Shown piece by piece: positions 18,657 through 28,850 of a stretch of DNA of 64,000 bases (positions are counted from its first letter, which is position 1; every line of letters starts with the position of its first letter). Both the position numbers and the translations under genes were made by a program. The stretch is from Clostridiales bacterium (lineage in GTDB: Bacteria; Bacillota; Clostridia; Oscillospirales; CAG-272): the NCBI GenBank assembly GCA_022800625.1, contig JAAWQR010000007.1:4438-68437 (forward strand). Direction: 5' to 3'. The notes under the pieces were generated by a model. The model was not told the DNA's origin, searched no databases, and worked only from the letters and a program-made list of their open reading frames with translations.

Positions 18657-20777
18657 TCAGCGGGATCTGCCGCCTTTTTTTGCTCTTTTATCATTACCGG
18701 ACGATTTGCTCGGAGTTTTATATTTCTTATTATTCCCGCAGTTGCCGCGCGATATATTACGGCTTTTTGTGTCAGTGCCGTGTTTTCCGCTGACTTTGCC
18801 GTTTTTACCGCGCGTGCCACCGCTTGTGAAATCATGATTTGTCCCTGTCTTTGAGCGTTTGCTTTTTTCTCTCGATTTGCTGGGGGCCAAAACTTCACGT
18901 TTTGACTCTGAGGCAGATTTATGCTTGATGTGATTTGAGCCTTTGGATCCGTCCATAAGCTCTTTAAGCATTATTTTTCCCTTTTCGGTGCAATATTTTT
19001 CAGCTTCGGATATAAGTCGCCTGTTTTCGGGACGTCTCCATTGCAGAAGCGCGCGTTGTATTTGCTTTTCCCTGTACTCCGTGGGGGTATATATATTCTT
19101 TCCCGTAAACGGATCGATTCCTGTATAGAACATAACGGTGGACGCTGTGCCGGGCGTCGGATAGAAGTCCTGCACCTGCTCGGGGGCAAGTCCGATGTGT
19201 TTTGTGTAGAGAGCAAGCTCGACAGCGTCATCCATTGTGCTTCCGGGGTGGCTTGACATGAGATAAGGCACAAGATACTGTTCAAGTCCCGCTTCCGTAC
19301 TCAGCCTGAAGAACTTTTCCCTGAATCGGTCGTACATTTCAACATTGGGTTTTCCCATCATGGAGAGGACGTTTGCACTGCAATGTTCGGGAGCAACCTT
19401 AAGCTGGCCGCTTACATGATGAGAGACAAGGCGGCGGAAGAATTTGTCGCTTTTATCGCACATCATATAGTCAAATCTGATTCCAGAACGTACAAAAACC
19501 TTTTTTACTTCCGGGAGCGCTTCGATTCTCTCAAGAAGCTCGGTATATTCGGCTTCGTCTGCAATAAGATTCTGGCACGGCTTCGGAAAAAGACATCTTT
19601 TATCGGGACATACGCCGTGTTCGGTCTGTTTTTTACATGCGGGGTATCTGAAATTAGCGGTAGGTCCGCCGACATCGTGAATATATCCTTTGAAATCGTC
19701 CATCGAGACGATTTTTTCGGCTTCTGCGATCACCGAATTTATGCTTCTCGAACGGACTGCCCGTCCCTGATGAAAAGCGATTGCGCAGAAATTACAGCCG
19801 CCGAAGCAGCCGCGGTTGTGAGTTATTGAAAATTTGACCTCGCGTATCGCGGGGATTCCGCCGTCTTTTTCATACATTGGATGATAGTCGCGCATGTAGG
19901 GCAGGGCATATACCGCGTCGAGCTCTTCGCGTTCGAGAGGGGGCATAGGCGGATTTTGCACAAGCGCGCGGTCGTCGTAATATTCCACAACAGCACGTCC
20001 GTATACAGCGTCGTTGTTTCTGTATTGAAGTCTGAAAGCCTCAGCATAGGCTTTCTTGTTGCTTTTAAGCGTGTCGTAGTCAAATCCTGAAATTTCGTGC
20101 GTATCGTATTCTCCTCCGCTGTATTTTCCCATATCTGCAACGGGGAAATGTACTTCGGCTCCCTCTCCGTGCCGACAGAGATAAGCTGTTCCGCGAACAT
20201 CTCTAATCTTTTTTACGGGAATGCCGCGGTTGAGAAGATTAGCTAGCCTTACCACAGTTTTTTCACCCATTCCGTACATCAGAATGTCGGCTCCGGAGTC
20301 CACAAGAATGCTTCGCCTGACCGAGTCCGACCAATAGTCGTAGTGGGCAAGACGCCTGAGAGAAGCCTCAAGTCCGCCGATTAGAATAGGTACGTCGCCG
20401 TAAGCCTCGCGTATACGGTTGCAGTATACGATAAGTGCACGGTCGGGACGATAACCTGCCTTGCCGCCCGGTGAGTAGTAGTCGTCATGCCTTTTCTTCT
20501 TCGCAGCGGTATAATGCGCTACCATTGAATCTATATTTCCTGAGGAAACGAGGAATCCGAGTCGGGGACGTCCGAATTTTTTGAAATCGTCCGTGCTTTT
20601 CCAATCAGGCTGAGGAAGCATGGCGCACAGATAACCTGCGTCTTCAAGAACTCTGGTGATTATCGCAGCTCCGAAGGAGGGATGATCGACATAAGCGTCT
20701 CCGCACACGTATACAAAATCGGGAACATCACGTCCGCACTCTTTAACCTCTTCGGGAGTTACGGGTAAAAAACTCAT
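18657..20777 (-). CDS. YgiQ family radical SAM protein with a long basic C-terminal tail
   Basis: MSFLPVTPEE...DFVYVCGDAYVDHPSFG is the YgiQ N-terminus. The radical SAM cluster motif is CFGGCNFC. GGAGGA RBS before ATG 20777. The last ~100 aa are K/R/S/G-rich. Confidence 0.9.
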   Translation of the reverse strand: MSFLPVTPEEVKECGRDVPDFVYVCGDAYVDHPSFGAAIITRVLEDAGYLCAMLPQPDWKSTDDFKKFGRPRLGFLVSSGNIDSMVAHYTAAKKKRHDDYYSPGGKAGYRPDRALIVYCNRIREAYGDVPILIGGLEASLRRLAHYDYWSDSVRRSILVDSGADILMYGMGEKTVVRLANLLNRGIPVKKIRDVRGTAYLCRHGEGAEVHFPVADMGKYSGGEYDTHEISGFDYDTLKSNKKAYAEAFRLQYRNNDAVYGRAVVEYYDDRALVQNPPMPPLEREELDAVYALPYMRDYHPMYEKDGGIPAIREVKFSITHNRGCFGGCNFCAIAFHQGRAVRSRSINSVIAEAEKIVSMDDFKGYIHDVGGPTANFRYPACKKQTEHGVCPDKRCLFPKPCQNLIADEAEYTELLERIEALPEVKKVFVRSGIRFDYMMCDKSDKFFRRLVSHHVSGQLKVAPEHCSANVLSMMGKPNVEMYDRFREKFFRLSTEAGLEQYLVPYLMSSHPGSTMDDAVELALYTKHIGLAPEQVQDFYPTPGTASTVMFYTGIDPFTGKNIYTPTEYREKQIQRALLQWRRPENRRLISEAEKYCTEKGKIMLKELMDGSKGSNHIKHKSASESKREVLAPSKSREKSKRSKTGTNHDFTSGGTRGKNGKVSGKHGTDTKSRNISRGNCGNNKKYKTPSKSSGNDKRAKKGGRSR

Positions 20778-21206
20778 AATAATCTTTCCTCCGACGATAT
20801 GCCTCAATTATATTTATCTAGCAGTGTACTGTGTAAATGCGGCACAATTATTTATATTTTATCATATATGGCGCATGATTTCAAGAAAAGGATTAAAATT
20901 GAGCGAGATACGGTGTGTCAAGGCAAAGCATTTGAGATTTTAGACAAGTATGTGTAGGATGTTTGATATATGAGAATGGTCTGTACAGTCGGTTTACACG
21001 TCATGATGTTATTTACAAAAAACGAAACATATAACTTTTGCTTGATTTATAGATATTGACTTTTGACGCATTTTGAGGTAATATATCAAGTAGAAGTGTG
21101 TGTCGGTGAATACTGAAAGTTAAGCATTTATCACGCATATTTCAAATTTATATAATAAACGCTGATCAAAAAGCATCAGACTGTTGCCTTATGATGCAGC
21201 GAAAGG

Positions 21207-21731
21207 ATGGTCCAAATGAAAGAATGTACGAATTGTCACACACAGTCAGCAGATGAAGCTATGTTCTGCAACCACTGCGGAACGCCCCTCAGTGTGCAGA
21301 ATACAGCTCAGAACGGAGCGCCGATTAATCCCGGAACGACTCCAAATTCGGGAGCTATGCCGCAATATGCCGCTCCAATATACGATCCGTATGATCACAC
21401 ATCTGAATTTGATCCGAAAGATATTTCTGATAACAAGGTAATGTCTATGCTCGTCTACCTCATGGGTTGGATCGGTATTGTCATTGCTCTGCTCGGAAGC
21501 CATTCTTCTCCGTATGCAGCCTTTCACGTCCGTCAGGCGCTGAAATTCTCAGTAGTTGATATCATCTTAGGAATTTGCGCATTAGTACTGTGCTGGACAT
21601 TTATTGTACCGTTTGCTTGTTTTGTTATGTTCGGTGCCCTCTTTGTCATAAAGATCATATGCTTTTTTCAAATTTGTCAGGGTAAGGCAAAAGAGCCTTA
21701 CATAATTCGCAGTCTTACATTTTTGAGGTAA
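21207..21731 (+). CDS. zinc-ribbon plus DUF4870-like membrane protein
   Basis: N-terminal CTNCHT...CNHCG zinc ribbon, a P/N-rich linker, then DNKVMSMLVYLMGWIG...FHVRQALKF and TM helices. The start could be 21216. Confidence 0.7.
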   Translation: MVQMKECTNCHTQSADEAMFCNHCGTPLSVQNTAQNGAPINPGTTPNSGAMPQYAAPIYDPYDHTSEFDPKDISDNKVMSMLVYLMGWIGIVIALLGSHSSPYAAFHVRQALKFSVVDIILGICALVLCWTFIVPFACFVMFGALFVIKIICFFQICQGKAKEPYIIRSLTFLR

Positions 21732-21810
21732 GAATAAATGCGAGTTACTGATACAGCTGAAAAGGCTGAGACTGCAAACAGTAACGACTGATAATTGATA
21801 AGCGTAATAT

Positions 21811-21853
21811 ATAAACCTCCTGCCTGAAAAAGAGGCGGGAGGTTTATATATTT
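21811..21853 (+). terminator. intrinsic terminator after 21207-21731
   Basis: Stem aaacctcctgcc/ggcgggaggttt with one G-T pair, followed by a T-rich tail. Confidence 0.7.
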
Positions 21854-21865
21854 ATAAAAACAGGT

Positions 21866-21908
21866 CAAAAATACCGCTTCGGAACTTCAGCCGAAACGGT
21901 ATTTTTCT
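21866..21908 (-). terminator. terminator of the minus-strand tagF-like/YidC-fusion operon (hairpin readable on both strands)
   Basis: Stem ataccgcttcgg/ccgaaacggtat with 1 mismatch. T-runs flank it on both strands. It sits 13 nt past the stop at 21921. Confidence 0.7.
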
Positions 21909-21920
21909 GTTATTTTCTTG

Positions 21921-24674
21921 TTAGCCCAAAGGTGAATCTGCATACTTCGTAAGCAGTTTCCAATTTGATAGATCTTTCATATTATCGCGTACTGAGTACC
22001 ACTTTCCCGGATTAAACTTGTTTCCGTTGTTCTTTGTTACGTCCCAATCATATGAGCAAAGGATATATTGATCGTGCGCTGTTTTTTCATCGGAATTTAT
22101 CACATTTCCCGTGAAAGGATTTACAGGATTGTCAATCACACCTGCCGCAGCCAATGTGGGAACGTCTCCGTTCGTCATAAACTCATCGGAGGTCTCAAAC
22201 CCTTCGCTGTCAAAATCCTTTACCATAAGAAGGGGATAGAAACAGTCTGCGTCGTCTCCGCCCTCAAGTATAAAATCTTCTGAATGATTGAGACATCTTC
22301 CGTGATCCGAAACTAAAATAATTCGGGTATTGTCGTAAACTCCGTTGTCACGCAGATAATCAAACCATCTTGCAAGCTGAAGCATAGTCGCCATATTTGT
22401 CTGATAATGGATTATCTGCAAATCGGTTTCCATATTAAGCGTGCGTCCGTTCAGTGTAAAACGGTCGGCATGTTCGCGGTCATATTCCGTGTTATCAACT
22501 TTATCAATCGGAGCATAGTCAGGCTCGCGAAGCATCATAGGCTCATGGGTCAGATTATTTGTCATCATCATAAAGGTATTTTCGCTGCCGTCCGATATAT
22601 CAGTCATATACGACAGATTTACCAATGTAATATAGCTATCCATGAATTCCTTTGTCTTGCCGACGGATTTTGAGCTTCCCGTACGAACCTGTCCCGAATA
22701 TATACCGGAATCCGTACCGATTTCCTGATTATACGTGCCGTGAGAATATATAATTTCCTGCATACACAGAGGTGCAGATTTCATAATACCGTAGCAGAAA
22801 AAGTTTCTGTTTCTGTCAACTACCGCTTTTATCCTCGTATCCTTGTCCATAAATGCTCCGTTCGTGATATATGTTTTGATATCGGGATAATCGTCATAAA
22901 TGGACAGATCGGGAATCCACTGGTATCCTGCATATACGGGATCGCATACGGTAACGTCAAAGTTATTACTGTCAAACAGTACCGGCATGACCTTGAGAGA
23001 CTCATCATGCTTGTCAACCAAAGGTTCGCTGTCTCTTTTGTTCATCTCATACGGAGTATATTCATAACCGCCGAACAGAGCAGGCGAGCCGAAGTTAGTG
23101 CTTACGCCGAAAGAGATAACATTTGAATAATATGTGAATCCTGAGAATTTCTCTTTCAGCTCAGGCTTTTCATTAAACATATATGGCACATACTCGCCCA
23201 TTGCACGATCAAGCATGAGCACAACGACATTTTTACCGTTTTTGCTCAAATTAAATTTCGGAGTACCGCTGTTTTCATCAGTAATTTCAAGCGCTTTTAC
23301 CGATGAATTTATATTTACCATATTTACGAATGACATTCCGACAAGCGCTATTGCCGCAATCGTCATTATTTCAAATGTCCGCTTTTTCCACAGCTTAACG
23401 ATCACATATAATAAACATGCGACAGCTGCGATCACGGCAGCGTTTATAAGCTGACTTTTCAGATCAAGATCTAGCCCTTCCTCAAACTGTAATTTGGTGC
23501 TTAAAAGACCGAGATCCCGTCCGAAAAACATGTAATTGACTACCGCTGTACCGGAAAGAATCCACACTGCTTTTTCAAATATTACTTTAACCTGCGGCTT
23601 CGCAAGCCAGTAAAAAACGCCGAGCCAAATAACAAATATACCGAAAGCTATACAGAACGAGCTGACGATATACCACATCGGATGATAAAAATAATTTATA
23701 TCAACAAACTCCTGAGGAGAAGCATTGATTACAGTAGACGGAATCATGATTCCGATAAGCACTGACAGGAAAACTCCTCCCGCAAAGAAAACTTTTTTGT
23801 TTGGCAGTTCTTCTTTCTTTTTCCGTTTTGCCGTGATTTTTCTGCGAAGCAATGAATATACGAGCGGTATCTGCATCACGAGTCCGCAGAACACAAAAAA
23901 CGCGGTTCTTTTGGGTGTCGGATAACTATAGAAGAAGACCCCGAACACAAACAGAGCTATTCCGCAGAATGAAGTTAAAATACTGAGCACCCGTCCCGGA
24001 TTCTTTATTTTATAGAATATAGTTTTTATAAGCGAAAATATATTGTTGAGAGTCCAGTAAAAGACAAGTCCCGCCGGCGATGTGTAAAGGAATACAAGGA
24101 AAAACAAAGCCATCGCATAAAGCTGAATCTTTGATTTAAGCGTGCCGCCTTTAGTGAAAATCACACATGACACAAGATTTACAGCTGTCATTATTATCGG
24201 GAGAATATTTACGGTAAAGCCAGCGATCACAAGCATTCCGTCAGGACTTCCGAGATCCGCTATCGGACCGAAGGATACCCCGTTCAAAAGGTTCAGTCCC
24301 GAAAGAAAGCGGTATGCCGCAATAAAAAACGGAATTTCAAGGAAAAGCGAGATCGCTCCGCGCAGAACATATGTAGGCTTATAATTATTCTGCCTGTAAT
24401 ATGTTTGCAGGATCATCATTTTTTCATCGCCGCTGAATGTTTTCTTGATATGTGCCACGCCGTCCCGTAGGCGCATTTCCATATCCCGTTCTTCCTCCTG
24501 CATTGCGTCGGCGCGCTTGTAAAGAGGCAAAACCAACAAATTCATAACTAAGCTGAGCACAACGATCGAAAGTCCGGGATTGTCGATCATTCTGTCGGCT
24601 ACCATATAAATTACTTCAAAAAGCAGTTGAAGCGGTTTAAACAACAGCGCATCTAAAATTGCCCCAAATGACAT
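21921..24674 (-). CDS. fusion: YidC/Oxa1-like insertase domain, extra TM helices, and an extracytoplasmic sulfatase/LtaS-like (alkaline phosphatase superfamily) domain
   Basis: 917 aa. The first ~225 residues show the YidC pattern (NPGLSIVVLSLVMNLLVLPLYKRADAMQEE..., ...SPAGLVFYWTLNNIFSLIKT). About 6 more TM helices follow. The C-terminus has VVVLMLDRAMGEY...GVSTNFGSP...ILVSDHGR, typical of phosphotransferase/sulfatase folds. Confidence 0.75.
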   Translation of the reverse strand: MSFGAILDALLFKPLQLLFEVIYMVADRMIDNPGLSIVVLSLVMNLLVLPLYKRADAMQEEERDMEMRLRDGVAHIKKTFSGDEKMMILQTYYRQNNYKPTYVLRGAISLFLEIPFFIAAYRFLSGLNLLNGVSFGPIADLGSPDGMLVIAGFTVNILPIIMTAVNLVSCVIFTKGGTLKSKIQLYAMALFFLVFLYTSPAGLVFYWTLNNIFSLIKTIFYKIKNPGRVLSILTSFCGIALFVFGVFFYSYPTPKRTAFFVFCGLVMQIPLVYSLLRRKITAKRKKKEELPNKKVFFAGGVFLSVLIGIMIPSTVINASPQEFVDINYFYHPMWYIVSSFCIAFGIFVIWLGVFYWLAKPQVKVIFEKAVWILSGTAVVNYMFFGRDLGLLSTKLQFEEGLDLDLKSQLINAAVIAAVACLLYVIVKLWKKRTFEIMTIAAIALVGMSFVNMVNINSSVKALEITDENSGTPKFNLSKNGKNVVVLMLDRAMGEYVPYMFNEKPELKEKFSGFTYYSNVISFGVSTNFGSPALFGGYEYTPYEMNKRDSEPLVDKHDESLKVMPVLFDSNNFDVTVCDPVYAGYQWIPDLSIYDDYPDIKTYITNGAFMDKDTRIKAVVDRNRNFFCYGIMKSAPLCMQEIIYSHGTYNQEIGTDSGIYSGQVRTGSSKSVGKTKEFMDSYITLVNLSYMTDISDGSENTFMMMTNNLTHEPMMLREPDYAPIDKVDNTEYDREHADRFTLNGRTLNMETDLQIIHYQTNMATMLQLARWFDYLRDNGVYDNTRIILVSDHGRCLNHSEDFILEGGDDADCFYPLLMVKDFDSEGFETSDEFMTNGDVPTLAAAGVIDNPVNPFTGNVINSDEKTAHDQYILCSYDWDVTKNNGNKFNPGKWYSVRDNMKDLSNWKLLTKYADSPLG

Positions 24675-24760
24675 ATAATATCTCCATTCTGCCGTGATAA
24701 GCTGAAAAACTATCTATAGGCACACTTGATTTTCATAAGCTTTCAAAACCGTGACGGGCT

Positions 24761-26023
24761 TCATGTCTTATCAGCTGTTTTCTTTTTGGTCTTAATGTGA
24801 GCATTCGTGATTGATCTGTATTTCTCAGTCAGGTAATCAACCGCTCTCACAGCGCCCTCTCCCTCATGCTCCCATGTTTCCGATCTTACCTCGCGCCGTC
24901 CGTTTGCATATTTGGGATCGTCTATACAGGAGTCTATCATTTCTTTAAGTGAAGAAAGATTATCCTGTGTCAGCTTTTGACCGATTCTCGGCAAAGCTGT
25001 AAACGTCCAATACGGAGTTTTCAGCCACCATGCGTCATACGGTCCTTTATCAAATTCTGTATCCGCATATATAACAGGCTTGTCATATACAAGTGAAAAA
25101 TCGAAAATAACGCCTGAGAAATCGGATATCAGTATATCAGAGCGCTTCAGAACTTCAAAATTATCGTTATCACGATTCCATTCAAGCTGTTCCGAATTCG
25201 GATATTTGCTCATCAGCTTGTCCATCAGCTCTTTTTCCGAAGCAAAGGACTGCGGATGCGGTCTGATAATTATGTGATAACCTGTCTCTAACAGCAGGTT
25301 AATTATTTGCTCGCCGTATTTCATAAGGATCGCGCTTTTGCCCCACGACGGTGCGAGGAGCACGGTACGCTCGTGAGGAATGCTCTCGCCGCCTGAAGCA
25401 AGTCGTTTTACCATTTCGTCCATATACGGTATACCGATCTTAACTTTTTCCTTTTCGGGAAGTCCGCGCAGTTCTTCGAGATATCTTGTATCTCTTACCT
25501 GATACTCTCCTGACAGCAGCAATGCATCGTAGTAATCTATGCCGAACATATGATATCCTGCTATTTCATTGGCACAGTGAAGCATGTGTACATAGCAGTC
25601 AACATTTTTTGAACGCTTCCACTGATAAACGTCAAGTCCGGGTGTAGTCGAAAGCACAATCCTTGCGTTCAGAAAATTAAGACGCGCAAACGCTTTGTTT
25701 CCCTCTCCGATAAACTCTCCCTTGACATGCTCAAGATCTGTCTTCAGAGCAGGATCATCGGGAGAAGCAGTCATATAAACTATATCGATCCCGCGTCTGT
25801 CGAATTCACGGCACACAGGCTCAAATACCGTCCAATACCGCTTATCGTCCGAAAATATAACATACGGTATTTTATCTGTATTCGTTTCGACTTTTTTACC
25901 GCCGCTCAGAATAAATCTGAGTTTCACTATCCAGTCTTTCAAAAGGTAATTTAAAGCTCCGATAATTCCGATAAGGATAGCAAAGAGCATGCTTCCCGTA
26001 CCGGGATCAATGTAAAGTAACAT
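24761..26023 (-). CDS. CDP-glycerol glycerophosphotransferase family protein (TagB/TagF-like) with an N-terminal TM anchor
   Basis: 420 aa. C-terminal ...LLAPSWG...IIIRPHPQS...SDILISDFSGVIFDFSLVYDKPVIY matches the TagF catalytic region. Confidence 0.8.
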   Translation of the reverse strand: MLLYIDPGTGSMLFAILIGIIGALNYLLKDWIVKLRFILSGGKKVETNTDKIPYVIFSDDKRYWTVFEPVCREFDRRGIDIVYMTASPDDPALKTDLEHVKGEFIGEGNKAFARLNFLNARIVLSTTPGLDVYQWKRSKNVDCYVHMLHCANEIAGYHMFGIDYYDALLLSGEYQVRDTRYLEELRGLPEKEKVKIGIPYMDEMVKRLASGGESIPHERTVLLAPSWGKSAILMKYGEQIINLLLETGYHIIIRPHPQSFASEKELMDKLMSKYPNSEQLEWNRDNDNFEVLKRSDILISDFSGVIFDFSLVYDKPVIYADTEFDKGPYDAWWLKTPYWTFTALPRIGQKLTQDNLSSLKEMIDSCIDDPKYANGRREVRSETWEHEGEGAVRAVDYLTEKYRSITNAHIKTKKKTADKT

Positions 26024-26047
26024 AATAGTCTCCGTTCAGCCATAAAG

Positions 26048-26120
26048 ATAACTGCGAGCAGTTATGAAATTTCATTGTCGGCAGCCGACAATGATTAAGC
26101 GCACTAGTGCACTTATCATT
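26048..26120 (-). promoter_or_regulatory. structured 5' leader (three adjacent palindromes/hairpins) of the tagF-like operon
   Basis: ataactgcgagcagttat (26048-26065), cattgtcggcagccgacaatg (26073-26093), and aatgattaagcgcactagtgcacttatcatt (26090-26120, imperfect). They lie 25-97 nt upstream of ATG 26023. Confidence 0.45.
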
Positions 26121-26576
26121 ATAACATACTTCTTGCTGAAAGTCTACTTAATAGAACCATAAATCAGGAAATTTATGTGAAAAATCAGCATTTTATTTAA
26201 TTATAAATTTAAAGCTTAGGCTTTTCGATATTTTTTACCGTTTTTCAGCTTTCGGCGAATTTAAACAGCAGCATCAGCATGTTATACCATGATTTCTTCC
26301 TTAGAACCGCCTTTAGCGGCAATAAATCGAAAAATCAGCCGTCAATAAAAATTCCCAATTTTTGTGAAGTGCCGCAGAGCGGCACTTTGGCATCATTATT
26401 TTTATTATACCACGAAAATAAGCCGTATAAAAAAACACTGCGGCAATTTTTCGAGATGACTTGTATTTGAATAAAATATATTGTATAATTTCATTCAAGA
26501 CGGGGCAAACGCTCCGTAAAATTTGCAATTCCGGCCGCTTATCGGCGGCTTCAAATGAAAGGCTTTTATTTTTGGT

Positions 26577-28850
26577 ATGAAAAACATCCTTGACAGACGC
26601 CTGCGCCATGTTAAAACAGATAAATTTGTAATCGACCTTAACATGCCGAAGGATTATCCGCCTATAAAGGCGCGCCCCACAGCTGAGGGAGGAGTCCGCG
26701 ACAGATTCTTTGCGGCAAAGGCAGAACTTCCCGATGAAATCACGGTTGTAAGACCGTTTGATACCTCAGCATTTACAAAAAGCTGTGAAAACACCTTTTA
26801 TGTAGCTGAAAACGGTGACAATAACGCAAAGGGAACAAAGGACTCTCCGCTGGCTGATCTTCATACAGCGCTTGATAAAGTACGCGGACTGGGCGGCGCT
26901 CGTATCATAATGCGCGGCGGAAACTATCGTTTTACGGAATCGGCAAGGATTACCTCCGAGCACTCGGGTACGGAAGCTTCTCCGCTTATAATCACGGCAG
27001 AGGACGGTGAAACACCGTATATTTCAGGCTCTTACAGCATTCCGTCATCAGCTTTCAAGCCGGTTAACGATGAAAAGATGCTTGCGCGTTTAAAGCCTGA
27101 AGCAAGAGCTCATGTGCTCTGCGCAGATCTTCCGTCTCTCGGTATAACGGATTTCGGAATCGTCGGATACGGCGGTGCCGTTCTTATGATCGACAACATT
27201 CCGCAGACGCTCTCACGCTATCCGAACAAGGGTGAGAAGCAGATCGTAATGAGCGACAATATATATGACGCAGGCGGACACAAGTTCATATCTCCCGACA
27301 GCCAAAGCCGTGATAACAACGATCCGTGGGAGATCGGCATTACAGATCCCCGCTGCCTTGAATGGGAATGGCACGAGGATATATGGATCTACGGCGCACT
27401 GTATGCGGAGTGGGGCAGACGTTACGCTCCGATCGGCGCATTTGACCGTGAAAAGATGAGCATGAAAGGACGCTACGCCTTTGAATGGGGCGTTAAATAT
27501 GCTCCCGACAACGACTACTACTTCCTCAACATATTTGAAGAGCTTGACGAACCGGGCGAATGGTATCTTGACAGAAAGAGCGGCAAGCTGTACTATTATC
27601 CGACAGAAGAAGGCATCAGCGAAAACTCTGACATTCGCTTCATTGCATCTCCTTGCAATCTTATCGTAGGAGAGGGAGCGGAAAACGTAATTGTCGAAAA
27701 GCTCAATGTCGGACGATGTGCCGGAGCAGGATTCTCAGTAAACAACTGCACACAGTTCCTGATTCAGAATTGCACTGTGACCGGAACGTGCGAAGAAGGC
27801 GACGCTCAAACTGCTATAGACGCTGTATCAATAAAGGGCGGAAAAAGAAACGGAATGATCGCCTCCACGATTGAGCACTTTACAAATCATGCCGCATTTA
27901 TTGACGGCGGAGACCGTGCAAATCTTATTCCCGCAAACAACTTTCTCCAGAATTGCTTTATACTCAATCCGCACTGCCGTATAGGAATCAGCGAAGCAGG
28001 ATGCGGAAACATAATGTCGCACAACTATGTGCACAACACTACAATGGGAGCAGGCGGAGACAACGAGGGAATCGTCGAATACAACATCGTAGAGGGCGGC
28101 GACACCGAAACACACGATACAGGTATGCTCTACATCGGCGGAGGCGGATGCTCTGCCTGCGGCAACCACTACCGCTATAACTATTTCTTTGACTTTGCAA
28201 TGGGTGACTACGGAATCTATTTTGACGACCTCTCGCGCGGAATGTACGCTTACGGTAATATCGTTGTGGGAAACGGCACGACAGGCGACGGCACAACTTG
28301 GGAATCCGGCGGAAGAAGCTTTAATGTTCACAACGGACGTGAGCACTGTTTCTACAACAATATCAGCATAGACGCAGGCTACTTTGCTTTCGGCGGAGAC
28401 GTTACATACTGGCTTTACGATCATCATTGGAACAGCCTATATCCTGCATTCATAGACGCTGCTGCCGATAAGAGAAATGATCGCTACATGGGCAGAAACC
28501 CCACATACCGCGAATATGTCGAAACGCTTGATAAATATATAGAGGACAAAAAAGATCCGAATTATGTTGTAAAATCGGGTGAGGCTGAATGTCAGCTCCG
28601 CAAGCCGTGGTGCAATAATTATGAAAATAACGTAATTGTACGCGCTGCCCGTCCGTTCAAGCTTGACTGTGGCGAGGAGTCGGCTACAAGCCTTGACACA
28701 AACTTTATCACGAACGAAGATCCCGGATTTGTTGATTTTGAAGGACGTGATTACCGCATAAGAAAAGACGCGCCTCTTTACAGCAAAATTCCCGATTTTG
28801 TACCGCCCCCGTTTGAAAAAATGGGACCTGTCGACGACTTTGCGGACTGA
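26577..28850 (+). CDS. right-handed parallel beta-helix repeat protein (paralog 1), no signal peptide
   Basis: 757 aa. Repeated beta-helix rungs (GDRANLIPANNFLQNC, GCGNIMSHNYVHN, EYNIVEGGDTETHDTGMLYIGGG, DYGIYFDDLSRGMYAYGNIVVGNG). The RBS is weak. Confidence 0.8.
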   Translation: MKNILDRRLRHVKTDKFVIDLNMPKDYPPIKARPTAEGGVRDRFFAAKAELPDEITVVRPFDTSAFTKSCENTFYVAENGDNNAKGTKDSPLADLHTALDKVRGLGGARIIMRGGNYRFTESARITSEHSGTEASPLIITAEDGETPYISGSYSIPSSAFKPVNDEKMLARLKPEARAHVLCADLPSLGITDFGIVGYGGAVLMIDNIPQTLSRYPNKGEKQIVMSDNIYDAGGHKFISPDSQSRDNNDPWEIGITDPRCLEWEWHEDIWIYGALYAEWGRRYAPIGAFDREKMSMKGRYAFEWGVKYAPDNDYYFLNIFEELDEPGEWYLDRKSGKLYYYPTEEGISENSDIRFIASPCNLIVGEGAENVIVEKLNVGRCAGAGFSVNNCTQFLIQNCTVTGTCEEGDAQTAIDAVSIKGGKRNGMIASTIEHFTNHAAFIDGGDRANLIPANNFLQNCFILNPHCRIGISEAGCGNIMSHNYVHNTTMGAGGDNEGIVEYNIVEGGDTETHDTGMLYIGGGGCSACGNHYRYNYFFDFAMGDYGIYFDDLSRGMYAYGNIVVGNGTTGDGTTWESGGRSFNVHNGREHCFYNNISIDAGYFAFGGDVTYWLYDHHWNSLYPAFIDAAADKRNDRYMGRNPTYREYVETLDKYIEDKKDPNYVVKSGEAECQLRKPWCNNYENNVIVRAARPFKLDCGEESATSLDTNFITNEDPGFVDFEGRDYRIRKDAPLYSKIPDFVPPPFEKMGPVDDFAD

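Noticed and set aside
26555-26593. A 12-codon uORF (MKGFYFWYEKHP) overlapping the start of beta-helix paralog 1.
   Set aside because: It has only a marginal RBS, and I cannot assess conservation. I note it as a possible reason for the weak RBS at 26577, but it is not supportable as a feature.
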